From positions 1 to 64,000 of the IMG/VR virus record IMGVR_UViG_3300042975_000100: DNA of 64,000 bases; one strand, written 5' to 3'. Source of the stretch: a virus. Lineage: Duplodnaviria > Caudoviricetes. Below are positions 49,881-60,618 of the stretch, piece by piece. The notes under the pieces are model-generated. The model saw only the letters and a list, made by a program, of their open reading frames with translations. It made no database searches and was not told the origin of the DNA. The translations under genes and the position numbers were made by a program. Within the stretch, counting starts at the first letter, position 1. Each line of letters starts with the position of its first letter.

Positions 49881-50234
49881 ATGGAAGAACAGCAGAAAAC
49901 GCTAGGATATTACATGTCGCTTGTCTACCCAACTAGGTTCATAGAACTTAATGATGGTGGATTTAAAGCTATGCATCCGATGTTACATGGTTGCTCTGTA
50001 ACTGGAACTACCATCACTAACTGTCTCGAAGAGTTGAAGAAGACTCGACGACTATGGATGATAAAAGCCATGGAGGAACATATGGATATTCCTAAACCAG
50101 ACGATTATCCATATCTGTATTTTAGATATGTGCATGTGTATTCTGAAGACGGAATTATGCTGTATTCGGTTCATATCTTCTTAGATGGATTCAAATCTAA
50201 GAAGAAAAATAAGAAGAAGAAAAAGGTATCTTAA
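49881..50234 (+). CDS. hicB: Orphan HicB-family antitoxin domain protein
   Basis: YYMSLVY...DGGFKAMHPMLHGCSVTGTT...L...W...IPKP matches the HicB N-terminal domain; no hicA nearby. Confidence 0.7.
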   Translation: MEEQQKTLGYYMSLVYPTRFIELNDGGFKAMHPMLHGCSVTGTTITNCLEELKKTRRLWMIKAMEEHMDIPKPDDYPYLYFRYVHVYSEDGIMLYSVHIFLDGFKSKKKNKKKKKVS

Positions 50235-50249
50235 AAGGAGTTGTTTACA

Positions 50250-50789
50250 TTGTTCGATAAGGTTTCTCCAAAAAGAAATGCTGTCACCACTATGGATGTA
50301 TACGAGATTGCTAAAGACACGGATGATCAGGCTGTAGTCGATTATCTTAAGCAGGGAAATACGAGTTTCTCTATCGTTCGTTTTCATTTTGGTGAGGCCT
50401 ATTTGTTTGCCCATATCAAAGAAGCTGCAGACCTTGAGTACATCAAGAAGATTGCGGACTTTATCCATGGTACGAATGGCAATATCTTCCTGTATGAAGC
50501 TACTGTTCTTGGCTACATTTCCAAGCAGTCTGGCATTACCTTCAAATTGTCTATCGACGATGATTTGGAATACGAGCGTAAAGAGTTCGGAATTGATTCT
50601 TTTGTCGCTGAACAGGAGCCTGAAGACGTTATCAAAGTTTGCAATGAGATCAATGAAATCAAACCTAAGTTTGATATGCGTACGTCTCTTGCAGTGCGTC
50701 TGTATCGTCCGGAATCTATTGAGTATGATTTTGCTGCTAAAGCTGAAATCATGTTCAAGCGTGTTGACGGCGAAGTAGTTAAACAGTAA
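50250..50789 (+). CDS. Hypothetical protein
   Basis: AAGGAG RBS then TTG; biased codons; terminator downstream. Confidence 0.75.
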   Translation: MFDKVSPKRNAVTTMDVYEIAKDTDDQAVVDYLKQGNTSFSIVRFHFGEAYLFAHIKEAADLEYIKKIADFIHGTNGNIFLYEATVLGYISKQSGITFKLSIDDDLEYERKEFGIDSFVAEQEPEDVIKVCNEINEIKPKFDMRTSLAVRLYRPESIEYDFAAKAEIMFKRVDGEVVKQ

Positions 50790-50873
50790 AGTATCAATAT
50801 GGAGCAGCCTTATACGGGCTGCTCTTATACTTTTTGATTGGCCCTAAAACACCATAATGTGAGGTGTTGATAA

Positions 50874-52427
50874 ATGCAGAAGCATAAATTAGAAGTTAAG
50901 CACACTTGTATTAAGATAAATAACTATGAACTAGGAGATCTTCCCAGTACAGAGAAGTTTTTCTCCATATGGGACCCTGTAAGATTTCAAGCATTTCCGA
51001 AAGGAATAAAATACGATCAAGAAACAAAGACTCTATATCTGCCTAGAGGAGCTAGCATCCCTAGGTTAGAGAAAGATTTAGGGGTAAATGCATTTATAGA
51101 TCAGAGCCATGATCCAGTACAAAGGGTAAATCCTATTATGCTCAGATATATGCCTAGAGATGATATCCAAAAACAGGGTATTCAATTTCTTCTTGGAAAA
51201 GGAGAGTATGAGTATACCGCTAGAAAGTCTCAGCTATCTGTAAATCTAGGGCCTGGGGATGGAAAGACATATCTCTCTGTTGCAGCAGCTGCATATTATG
51301 GAGTTCGTATGGCTATGATCACTTCTGCTGGTGGTTGGATAGAGCAGTGGGCAGAGCGTATCCAAGAGTATACTGATACAACGAGAGAAGAGATCTATAT
51401 AATCAAAGGTAAACCATCTATAGTTATGCTACTGAATGGAGTTCATGATATATCGAAGTACAAATTCGTACTTTGCTCTCATAATACATTAAAGTCGTAT
51501 GGCGATAAGAATGGATGGGATAAGATCGGAGAACTATTCAAGATGATGGGTATCGGGTTAAAGATATATGATGAGGCTCATCTATACTTCGATAACATTT
51601 GTTCTATAGATTTCGCTACAGATACTCTGAAGACTATATATCTTACTGCCACCCCAGCCAGAAGTGATAGAAACGAAGATAAAATATATCAAGCTGCATT
51701 CAGTAGTGTTCCGGGATTAGATTTGTTTGACGATGAGCGAGATCCTAGAACACACTATGTAGCTTTCCATTACAGTAGTAATCCATCTCCTATTGACGTT
51801 CAACGGTGCAGAGGAGCATATGGATTCTTGGCAATCAAGTATATAGATTACGTAGTCAAACGCCCTAACTTCTATGAACTATTGTTCATACTATTGGAGA
51901 TTGCTAAGACTAAAGGAAAGACTCTTATCTATATAGGCAAGGTGGATGCTATCTATCGAGTATATAATTGGATTATGTACAACTTCCCTGAACTGAATGG
52001 AATGGTTGGAATGTATCATTCTAAGATGGACCCAGAGATAAAGGAAGCTGAAAAGGAAAAGCTTATCATCTTATCTACGATAAAGTCATGTGGAGCGGCT
52101 ACTGATATCAAAGGTCTTCAGCTTACCATCAATCTGGCTAATCCTTTTAGCTCTAATGTAATTGCAAGGCAGACTCTTGGAAGGACTAGAGATAAAGGAA
52201 CTATGTACATAGACGTAGTAGATACAGGATTTGCAACTCTTAGAGGATACTATAAGCATAAGCAAGGAATATTCTCTAAGTATGCTTTAGACTTTAGAGA
52301 TGTCATCTTACGGAAAGACATGCTGCATGAAAAGTACATGCAGATGTTTGCCAATAAGATGGAATGGTATAACAAACTTTACTCTAAGGATTCAGATAAA
52401 AAGAAGAAAGTAATGCATTTAGTGTGA
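50874..52427 (+). CDS. Superfamily 2 helicase (UvsW-like)
   Basis: GPGDGKT, IYDEAH, LTATP, QTLGRTR. Confidence 0.9.
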   Translation: MQKHKLEVKHTCIKINNYELGDLPSTEKFFSIWDPVRFQAFPKGIKYDQETKTLYLPRGASIPRLEKDLGVNAFIDQSHDPVQRVNPIMLRYMPRDDIQKQGIQFLLGKGEYEYTARKSQLSVNLGPGDGKTYLSVAAAAYYGVRMAMITSAGGWIEQWAERIQEYTDTTREEIYIIKGKPSIVMLLNGVHDISKYKFVLCSHNTLKSYGDKNGWDKIGELFKMMGIGLKIYDEAHLYFDNICSIDFATDTLKTIYLTATPARSDRNEDKIYQAAFSSVPGLDLFDDERDPRTHYVAFHYSSNPSPIDVQRCRGAYGFLAIKYIDYVVKRPNFYELLFILLEIAKTKGKTLIYIGKVDAIYRVYNWIMYNFPELNGMVGMYHSKMDPEIKEAEKEKLIILSTIKSCGAATDIKGLQLTINLANPFSSNVIARQTLGRTRDKGTMYIDVVDTGFATLRGYYKHKQGIFSKYALDFRDVILRKDMLHEKYMQMFANKMEWYNKLYSKDSDKKKKVMHLV

Positions 52428-52537
52428 TATTGCCCGTATCCTATCCAAGGATACGGGATTCCCTTTGTTTAGCGTCAATTCGTTTTTACACAACTTTAAA
52501 GTAATGCAATTACGTTAAATCAAGAAGGTGAAAAAGC

Positions 52538-54809
52538 ATGGCAAACGGTTTTATAACCCCGCCTAGAACACAGCAGCAGATACCTGCACAAGAAATCAGA
52601 ATCTGCTATCAGATGACAACAAGAAACAAATCGTTTCTTGAGATGCATTATTATCTGAAAAAGAAAGGCATTAAAAATAACGCTTTCATGCTTCAGCTAT
52701 TAGATCCAGACTTAGCCGGTATCGACCCACATGATCCGATGCTAAGTAGAACCTATGAAGATGAAGGTACAACGAGAATGCATGTTTAACTTCTGGTATT
52801 ATGTACGAGAGGTTGTTCGTGTTACTCACTCTGGTAGCCCAAAAGGTATACCATTCATGCTTCACAGAGGAAACATGGCAATGTTCTTCTGTATGCTGCA
52901 AAATATCAATACATTTATAGAACTACCGCGTCAGCAGGGTAAAACACTTGGTGCGTGTGTATTCTATTCATGGGCATATAATTTTGGTACTGCTAACTCT
53001 GAGTTACGTTTCATGAATAAGGACTTAGCAGGTTCTAAAGATAACTTGGCCAAAGTCAAAGAGATTATCGGTATGCTACCATCCTATCTTCAGATGACTC
53101 GTGAATACACGATGGTCGGAGATAGAAAGAAGAAAGCTACTGCTAACGTAGAGACTATAGCTCATGTAATCAACCATAATAAGATTAGAACCGTAGCCTC
53201 TGCTAGAAGTAGAAATGCTGCTGGCAATCTGTTACGTGGTAAAACTATTACGTTCTGGTGGATGGACGAGTGGGCATTCATTGGATACAATGATGCCATC
53301 TATTTATCAACATATCCTGCATTGAAAACAGCATTCGATAATGCTAGAGCAGCTAATAAACCATATGGTATTCTTATTACAACCACTCCTGGTATACTGA
53401 GTACAACTGAGGGTAAGTATGCATTTGAAATGAAAGAAGATGCATCTGAGTTCTCTGAGACTTGGTATGATAAAGCCCCTATGCAGATTAGATCTATACT
53501 TGATGCTAATCAGAAGAGTGATTTCGTATATATAAGATTCAGCTACAAGCAGTTGGGTCGAGACGAGCAATGGTTCTTCGAGATCTGTAAAGGTTTGCAG
53601 TGGAAGATGCGAGACATCAGACGAGAGGTCTTACTTGAGTGGACTGATATGCCTGAGAATTGCCCATTCTCCCCTGAGGATCTTGAGGATATTGAGAAGA
53701 AGGTCAATGAGCCTATCAATCGTATTGAGTTCTTTGATCGTTATATCTTAAATGTGTATAAGCCAATTCCTCTTAGATCTGACTATGTTCCTAAGTATCC
53801 GCCAATCATTGGTGTCGACGTTTCTGGTGGTTATAGACGCGATGCATCTGCAATCACCGTTATAGATTCTAGAACAACTGAAGTTATCGCCGATTTCAAT
53901 TCTAACCATATCTCTCCGATAGATCTTGCTAGATTGGTACTGGATATAACTTGTAGATTCTATCCTAATGCAGTAATCAACGTAGAGCGAAACGGCGGAT
54001 TCGGTGCTTCAGTAATAGCTAAGCTCAAAGAGTCCAAAGTCAAAAAGAATCTGTATTTCGAGATGAAAGACCGTGTTGTAGAAGAGCAGACCGATGGCAT
54101 TAGAATTCGTAAGAAGAAGATGCTTACAAAGGTATTTGGCTTGGATTCTACTAAAGACGTTCGTGAACTCTTAATAGAGATTCTTAGAGAGCGCGTTCAG
54201 TATCATAAAGACAAGTTCAACTCTCCTACGATACTGAATGAAATGAAGAGAATGGAGATCAAAAGAACCGGTAAGGTTGAGCACTCCGATAACTCTCACG
54301 ATGACCAGGTGTTCTCTTACCTGATGGCTCTCTACGTATGGTATGAAGGTAAAAACCTTAGAGAGAATTTCCATATTGAGAAGCAGAGTATTAAGGTAGA
54401 AGAGGGCGTTGATGATACAATCACGGCTCTTGACCAGAAATATACGTCTGTTATCGATGAGGTCGTAGGACCTGCTGCAACTCCTGAGGAAGATGCAAGG
54501 AATGAAGAAGTCAATCAGATGCTGTCAGAGCTGAAGAAAGGACAAGGCATTCTGTACAATGAGTTTGCAAAGCGTAGAGACGAGGAAGAGGATCGTATGT
54601 TTAAGATGCTCTTACGCTCTAAGCCAGTTTTGCAGTCTTATTGCAAAGAGCATAACATCTCAGAAGAAGAAGTTAGAGAAGAAGTCTTTGGTGGAGAAAC
54701 CGACATCCCAGATTCTGTCTTCACTGGATTCAATTCCGATGTAGAGATGGATCAAGCGAACAAACTGAAGCGTAATTTTAACATGCTTAACTTCCCAACT
54801 GGAAGATAA
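52538..54809 (+). CDS. terL: Terminase large subunit; one gene broken by a +1 frameshift at 52752-52753
   Basis: LPRQQGKT, WWMDEWAF, ITTTPG, IIGVDVSGG, HDDQ. Removing one C joins ...MLSRT|MKMKVQREC... Confidence 0.9.
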
Positions 54810-54811
54810 GA

Positions 54812-54973
54812 CAGTAATACTCCCACTACCCGTTATTGGGTAGTGGGATATTGCATGCATTTGCCCCTCTGGTAATACCAGAGGAGCGAATACAGATTCG
54901 AAATGAAACCAACGTAGGGAAACACCCAATCAACCGAAATCAAACAGATGAAGCATATATCTCTATTTGATTT
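54812..54973 (-). ncRNA. Candidate late structured small RNA ending in a covariant copy of the palindrome family
   Basis: AACA-ttgaag-TA at 54984-54973; 12-bp 5' stem starting at +1; 11-bp stem; terminal CCCACUACCC/GGGUAGUGGG hairpin; no credible ORF. Confidence 0.55.
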
Positions 54974-55068
54974 ACTTCAATGTTTCAATTATATATCATA
55001 ATACTGTAAGAGGATATATTGATATATCATTCTTAACAAAAGCCAGTACATGGCGAGGAGGAGATCAC

Positions 55069-55590
55069 ATGAGAAAGTGGTGTAAAGAACTGTTCGGGAT
55101 GGACTATTCCGAGATAGTTCGAAACCACAAAGCACTCATAGCGAAAGAGCTGAACGAGCCTTTCGTTATGAAATCGTTCACTACCTTACTACCGCTAGAC
55201 GGATTCACAGTCGAAGCAACAGTAAGGTTGTGCACAGAAAGGGGGCGTAGGGTGTATTTTGATGGAATAGTAGATGGTAATCCAGTGAGAAGTCACGGAA
55301 GAAACCATAGCTATTTCTATGAAATGGAAGACTCGGATGCTGATGAAGCAGTGTATCATTTCATCAAGTTATGGATGCGTAATACAGATATTCATAACTT
55401 TGCCCAATCGTTCAGATCATTCATTTGTACCGATTGGTTGATGGAGCAGGAAATAAAGTTTGTTCTATCCTACGCCAAAACGGTAGGACCTGATTCTGCA
55501 ATGTCTGAAGCTCAGAAGGTGTTTGAATTCAGACAGCCGATCAGAGACGCTATCGTGAATAATGTAAAGGAGATGATCAAGAATGTTTAA
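55069..55590 (+). CDS. Hypothetical protein
   Basis: GAGGAGGAG RBS before ATG 55069; TATATCAT promoter variant upstream. Confidence 0.75.
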   Translation: MRKWCKELFGMDYSEIVRNHKALIAKELNEPFVMKSFTTLLPLDGFTVEATVRLCTERGRRVYFDGIVDGNPVRSHGRNHSYFYEMEDSDADEAVYHFIKLWMRNTDIHNFAQSFRSFICTDWLMEQEIKFVLSYAKTVGPDSAMSEAQKVFEFRQPIRDAIVNNVKEMIKNV

Positions 55591-56083
55591 AGACGAAAAG
55601 GACGGAGTGTATACCGCCCTCTTCAAATCATCGGATAAAGCAATTGATATCCCTATGTCTGATGATAAGATCCTTATGGTATCTGTAGATATCGATAAGG
55701 ATTCGCTGATTGTTTTAGCGACGACAATCAGCAAACACCAACCAGATATGACTGCTGCAACTACGTCATTGGTAGTTAAGCCAGGAACCTGGCTGGAGAA
55801 GGCTTACATCAAGATCATATCCGAATCGCTGCAAGGCACTGAGTATGAAAGGGTATATCAGCGTCTTGCAGGAGTGGCAAATGGAAGATACGTCAAGCGT
55901 ATTTTCTATAAGAACGTAATTCTAACCGGAATGCGTTCTGAAGGATTTACAACTCCTTTTGATAAGTTCCTTGAAAAAGTTGTATATGCAACGGTGGAAG
56001 AACTTGAAGCCACCCTAGAGATAATAAGGAATGATTATAGCCGCTCTATATTCACGGTCGTAAAGGAGTTGTTGAAAAAATGA
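55583..56083 (+). CDS. Hypothetical protein
   Basis: AAGGAG RBS, overlapping operon. Confidence 0.75.
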   Translation: MFKDEKDGVYTALFKSSDKAIDIPMSDDKILMVSVDIDKDSLIVLATTISKHQPDMTAATTSLVVKPGTWLEKAYIKIISESLQGTEYERVYQRLAGVANGRYVKRIFYKNVILTGMRSEGFTTPFDKFLEKVVYATVEELEATLEIIRNDYSRSIFTVVKELLKK

Positions 56084-56598
56084 ATCTGGTAAATCTTTAT
56101 CCCTATGGGGATTATCTAAAAAGTCAAACTATTCATCTTAAGGTAGGTGGCTACATTTCATATGAAGCCCATCCAGATGAATATGAGGATGGCTATGTAG
56201 TAATGAGAGTTGTCGAGCAAAACAATGGAACTTCTGTGTTCCGACTCAATAATGGTAAACTCATTACTGATCTTACTGTCGTAGATCAGGATCTACTCGA
56301 TTATCTCGAGAAAGAGGGAGATGATCGATTTAATGCTGCAGTTAAAATGTTTAAGGAGGCGACATTCGAAAACGACATGCAGCAGTATTTATATAATGAG
56401 CTTAAGGAGATTGTCATTATGGCACTGCGAGAGCTTATTACGAAGCGAGATATGTTGGACTCGCTTCTCTATAGCATCCCAAAAGTGAATCTCACTATTG
56501 GGAAGCATATGGTAGAAAAGTTGGCAGCTAATGAAAACGATATCAATCGTTGTAAGCTGTTGACCATGTCTGCCAATATCTTAGCCGAAGTAAAGTAA
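56080..56598 (+). CDS. Hypothetical protein
   Basis: ATGA overlap, AAGGAG RBS. Confidence 0.75.
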   Translation: MNLVNLYPYGDYLKSQTIHLKVGGYISYEAHPDEYEDGYVVMRVVEQNNGTSVFRLNNGKLITDLTVVDQDLLDYLEKEGDDRFNAAVKMFKEATFENDMQQYLYNELKEIVIMALRELITKRDMLDSLLYSIPKVNLTIGKHMVEKLAANENDINRCKLLTMSANILAEVK

Positions 56599-56617
56599 AT
56601 TATAGGAGGAATTTAAA

Positions 56618-56977
56618 ATGAAAAACGTAATGAAAAATGCAAAAGCAATGGTAATGGTACTTGTAGCAGTAGTGATGATTGGGGTTGCTGGCACTGCACA
56701 GGCATCTATGTATCTTGATGGAAACGAAAACTATCCGTCAGTAGTATCTACTCAGGAAAGTACGTATTATATCGATAAGAGTAGTGCTACTCGAAATGGG
56801 AATGAGTATGCGGCTATTTTCGTAATTGAAAATGACAATGGTCGTGAATATGTAACTTATCAGTTCTGTGATGAGAGCGTAAGTTACTGGTCCACGCCGA
56901 ACAGCAGCTCTTGGCATCGTATTACTAACAGAACTATGTGGATGCTTCACAACGCAGCTAAAAACTGGGCTCGGTAA
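56618..56977 (+). CDS. Small secreted protein with Sec signal peptide
   Basis: MKN...VMVLVAVVMIGVAGTAQA|S signal with A-x-A site; mature part YLDGNENY...YYIDKSSA. Confidence 0.75.
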   Translation: MKNVMKNAKAMVMVLVAVVMIGVAGTAQASMYLDGNENYPSVVSTQESTYYIDKSSATRNGNEYAAIFVIENDNGREYVTYQFCDESVSYWSTPNSSSWHRITNRTMWMLHNAAKNWAR

Positions 56978-57078
56978 TTTAGCGTAGTTCTAAATAAAGG
57001 GGAATCATATGATTCCCTTTTATTTTTTTATTTGATTCTGTACAAATGAGTAAACTGAACCATATAGGGGGAGAAAAA

Positions 57079-57837
57079 ATGGAAGAATATATTTGCAACT
57101 CTAGAGCCTTCGGTATTAAGGAGGAAAATGAGGTTGCGGTAATCTTGTCGAACTTTAGCTCTGACTATGTCATGGGCGCTATAGATGACATTCTCGAAAA
57201 GAGAATGTCTAATTTTGAAGCCACAACCAAACCTAACTTTGTTGGTGGGTTTGAACAGAGCTTTAAGAATATGGAAGCTACCTTTCCAAGTGATATAAAG
57301 AATATCAGAGAGGTACGCGATAATACCTACCTTCAGATCGTAAATGTTATTTCTAAAGCATTTGATCTTGATACGGATTTTCAGGTTGAGGAAGATAAGT
57401 ATCCAGTAGCATACTTCTTGTTTGACTTCTTCATCTCTAACTATGATATCTATCTTTCTCGCTTCTTTACTAATTATATCATCAGGGAGAAAGACTCATT
57501 GTTTAAAGCTCTTGAGCTTGATGACATGGCAAAGAGCAAAGATGTTACCACATTCTTCAACAAGAACTTGTTCTCTGATCAGACTCTTGCTGTGCTGTCG
57601 GCTAACCTTGATAAATGCATCAAGTATATCTCAGCTATGGACTTTACTGAAGAGAATATCTTTAGCTCCGTATATCAGTATGAGATCGTTACGATGCTTT
57701 GCAATCATGTACGTCCTCTACAGGATATGTTCAGATCGTCATTTTTGAGGACCCTGTCCAATCCTATTGTTTGGCCTATCGCAGCAACGCAGATCAAATT
57801 CAACCTCCAGAATGAAGCCATCAAAAATAAAATTTAA
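57079..57837 (+). CDS. Hypothetical late/virion protein
   Basis: AACT-N6-TA at 57053, GGGGAG RBS. Confidence 0.75.
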   Translation: MEEYICNSRAFGIKEENEVAVILSNFSSDYVMGAIDDILEKRMSNFEATTKPNFVGGFEQSFKNMEATFPSDIKNIREVRDNTYLQIVNVISKAFDLDTDFQVEEDKYPVAYFLFDFFISNYDIYLSRFFTNYIIREKDSLFKALELDDMAKSKDVTTFFNKNLFSDQTLAVLSANLDKCIKYISAMDFTEENIFSSVYQYEIVTMLCNHVRPLQDMFRSSFLRTLSNPIVWPIAATQIKFNLQNEAIKNKI

Positions 57838-57852
57838 GGGAGTAATAAAAAC

Positions 57853-58860
57853 ATGAACAATGCCAAGGTAGTTAAGGAAATCAATACAAAAGAACAACTC
57901 AAAAACATGGAAGATGTTTCAAAGAAACTCGAAGTCATGCCTACAACAATCGATCCAATGCGTGCTAGCCTCGACAAACTTTCTTCTGCGCAGATTATGG
58001 CTCTCTATGAGTTGTCTGTGCGTACGAAGAATGATAAGAATTTCAATCCTATCCCGGAGATTCCGGAAGAGATCTTCAAAATCATTCAGGAAGATGGTAA
58101 AGCTCTTGGGCTGAACTCTTCTGGTATTGCTATTCTCGCTAGAGAAATGGTAATGAGCTTTGGTGAAGAGATTATGCTCGATAAAGAACTTAAGGAACTC
58201 AATAAAGAGATTGATCATGCCAAGGCCCTTCCTGAGTTCATGGATCTTTATGGCGAAGCACTCCGTGATACGTATGAAGTAAAGATCGGAGAAGAAGCCG
58301 AGAAAGAAACTGATCCTGAGCGGAAAGCCGCATTGCTTGCAGTTCGTGATGCATTCATTGATTCTTATACTCTTGCCCCGCTTCTTCCTATCATTAGCTG
58401 TAAGGAAGAGGGATCTCGCAATCGCCTTATCAAAACTATGTATAAGAAGGTTAATCGCCTTTGTGATGATTTCGATTTTACCTTGAATAAGGTCATTGCA
58501 AAGAAGACTTCTATTCGCTCTATCATCAATGCTCTCCACACCATCTATCCTGAGAATGAAGTTTGGAGAGATGAACTCTTTATCGCTTGTCTGGCACTTG
58601 CCTGCCATAATGCTACTACAGATGATAAAGGCATGATGATGTATATGTATGCATCTATCTTCAATATCAATACCTTGGCAATCAACAAGAGTAAAGAAAT
58701 TGAAGAAGACATTGAGTTTACAAAGATTCGTAAGGAGAAGCTTGATCATTTCTTTGAAGTCACTCGTACAGTATTTCCGGATAGAGAATTTCCAGAGTAT
58801 GTCCCAATGGCCACAAAGAAGAAGAATAAGAAGGCGCGCGAACATCAATGTAAATCGTAA
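57853..58860 (+). CDS. Hypothetical protein
   Basis: 335 aa, AGGGAG RBS. Confidence 0.8.
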   Translation: MNNAKVVKEINTKEQLKNMEDVSKKLEVMPTTIDPMRASLDKLSSAQIMALYELSVRTKNDKNFNPIPEIPEEIFKIIQEDGKALGLNSSGIAILAREMVMSFGEEIMLDKELKELNKEIDHAKALPEFMDLYGEALRDTYEVKIGEEAEKETDPERKAALLAVRDAFIDSYTLAPLLPIISCKEEGSRNRLIKTMYKKVNRLCDDFDFTLNKVIAKKTSIRSIINALHTIYPENEVWRDELFIACLALACHNATTDDKGMMMYMYASIFNINTLAINKSKEIEEDIEFTKIRKEKLDHFFEVTRTVFPDREFPEYVPMATKKKNKKAREHQCKS

Positions 58861-58875
58861 AGGAGGTTTACAGAA

Positions 58876-60348
58876 ATGGATGATATCACAAACTTTCCAC
58901 TGACCCTTATAGATGTGGAAACGCGGCCTAATCTGAGACTATTGCTTAGATTCAGGTATTCAGATCCAAGCCACGATTATAATGTCATGCTTGAGAATGG
59001 CGTGCTGTACGATGTAATTTTCTTGCATCGTGGAGTTCTCAAAAAAGTAGTAGGAAGAATCATCGGTGTATCAAAAGTCCATAATGTCGAGACAGTTGAG
59101 TATCCTCAGCGTCCTACGGAATGGCTCATTAGAGTTGATGCATCATCTGCTAATAGTTCATTAGTAGTAGATATCCTCAGTGGTCAGATTAGATTGCTTC
59201 GTAAGTATACTCCTCATATGGATGAGGACAATACCATTGCATCTGGAACGACTACTGGCGGGATTACCCACGGTGATGTTTATGATGTAACAATCAAGAA
59301 TCCTACCACTGATGATAAAGGCAACACTAATGGCGGAGATATTGACGATGGTAAAGTAGGTCCAAAGCCTACACCAGATCCTACAGATCCGACTAAAACC
59401 ATCGTCACGCCTATCTCTCCGATCACAATCACCGAAGGTGGTTGTACAGCTGGTAAGAATAATTCCGGTAATGATGTCGTTGTTGTAAATGGCAATACTA
59501 CCGGAGGTACTATCACTGGTGGTAAGTTTGTATCTGGCAATATCTTGTCTCATGATACAGATGAGAATGGTAACTATACCCATTGCGTTATCAGCTATGC
59601 TGTAATTAGTAATAGCACTATCACTGGTGGTAAGACTACTGGTGGCTCAGTTATTGAACCTAAGTTCACTAACGTAACTGTTACAGGTGGTACTAGAACT
59701 GGTACCGACATGGTTACACATGGCGCAACTGTTGTTGGAGATATCGGAACTGGTGGGTATACTGAAGGAGGCGTCAATCACGGTGGGTCGGCTACTGGCG
59801 AAATCAATGGTAATCCTTATACTATTAGTGGAGGTACCTCTACTGGTGGTAAGTGTACCGGCTGTACTGTTATTGGTGGCGTTGTATCCGGTGGAACTGT
59901 CGTGGGTGGCGCTATTATTAATGCCACTATTACTGGCGGTACTGCTACTGGTGGTACTACAATTAACGCTGACATTACTGTCGACGGAGGTACGATATCG
60001 CCTGGCACTCACATCGATACCGTTAATCCTATCAGCGCTGTCGTTGTACCTACTGCCGTAGATCCGCTGACTCCAAACACTCCGGGTGGTAGTTCTACTG
60101 CTCCAACAGATCCTGTTATCGGGCCTACACATGTAACGCCTGGAACATCTACCAGACCTATTGGGCCTAATACCCCATATAACCCAATTGATCCATCCAA
60201 TCCTAATAATCCTAACCCTCCTACTTACCCTAACGGTAATAGCACCGAAGCGTATTGGGATGGTCTTACCATTTATGGTAGTGATGAAGGTATTGGATCA
60301 AATATTAAAACCTGGGACGGCAGACCTGGAGCCTGGGTAGAGAAATAA
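58876..60348 (+). CDS. Gly/Thr-rich repeat protein (probable beta-solenoid) with Pro-rich linker
   Basis: Many x-T-G-G-T-type 5-residue repeats (about 59490-60000), P/T/N-rich tail, AGGAGG RBS. Confidence 0.75.
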   Translation: MDDITNFPLTLIDVETRPNLRLLLRFRYSDPSHDYNVMLENGVLYDVIFLHRGVLKKVVGRIIGVSKVHNVETVEYPQRPTEWLIRVDASSANSSLVVDILSGQIRLLRKYTPHMDEDNTIASGTTTGGITHGDVYDVTIKNPTTDDKGNTNGGDIDDGKVGPKPTPDPTDPTKTIVTPISPITITEGGCTAGKNNSGNDVVVVNGNTTGGTITGGKFVSGNILSHDTDENGNYTHCVISYAVISNSTITGGKTTGGSVIEPKFTNVTVTGGTRTGTDMVTHGATVVGDIGTGGYTEGGVNHGGSATGEINGNPYTISGGTSTGGKCTGCTVIGGVVSGGTVVGGAIINATITGGTATGGTTINADITVDGGTISPGTHIDTVNPISAVVVPTAVDPLTPNTPGGSSTAPTDPVIGPTHVTPGTSTRPIGPNTPYNPIDPSNPNNPNPPTYPNGNSTEAYWDGLTIYGSDEGIGSNIKTWDGRPGAWVEK

Positions 60349-60364
60349 AGTAAGAAGGTGCTGT

Positions 60365-60553
60365 ATGATCAAGTTCACTGATGACCTACAAAATTCTAAA
60401 CTCAGGGTCAATGCGGAACGACTTGTATCGGCTCTAAGCAATATGATGAAAGAACATCCTGAGCTTAGAATGAAAATAGAATCCATGGATAGAGAATCGT
60501 GCAGAAACATTTCAGTTTGCTTTCAAATCACAGATACGGAAGAAGAGAATTAA
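60365..60553 (+). CDS. Small hypothetical protein
   Basis: AAGGTG RBS; terminator downstream. Confidence 0.6.
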   Translation: MIKFTDDLQNSKLRVNAERLVSALSNMMKEHPELRMKIESMDRESCRNISVCFQITDTEEEN

Positions 60554-60618
60554 AAGTATTGGCTACAGCATAATCGCTGTAGCCTATATTTTTGCTTGTA
60601 AAAAAGGAGGAAGAATCA

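Noticed and set aside
52538-52789. Separate small terminase gene, or programmed frameshift in terL
   Set aside because: A single-base deletion fuses it with the large ORF, no slippery sequence is present, and the same error pattern occurs elsewhere.
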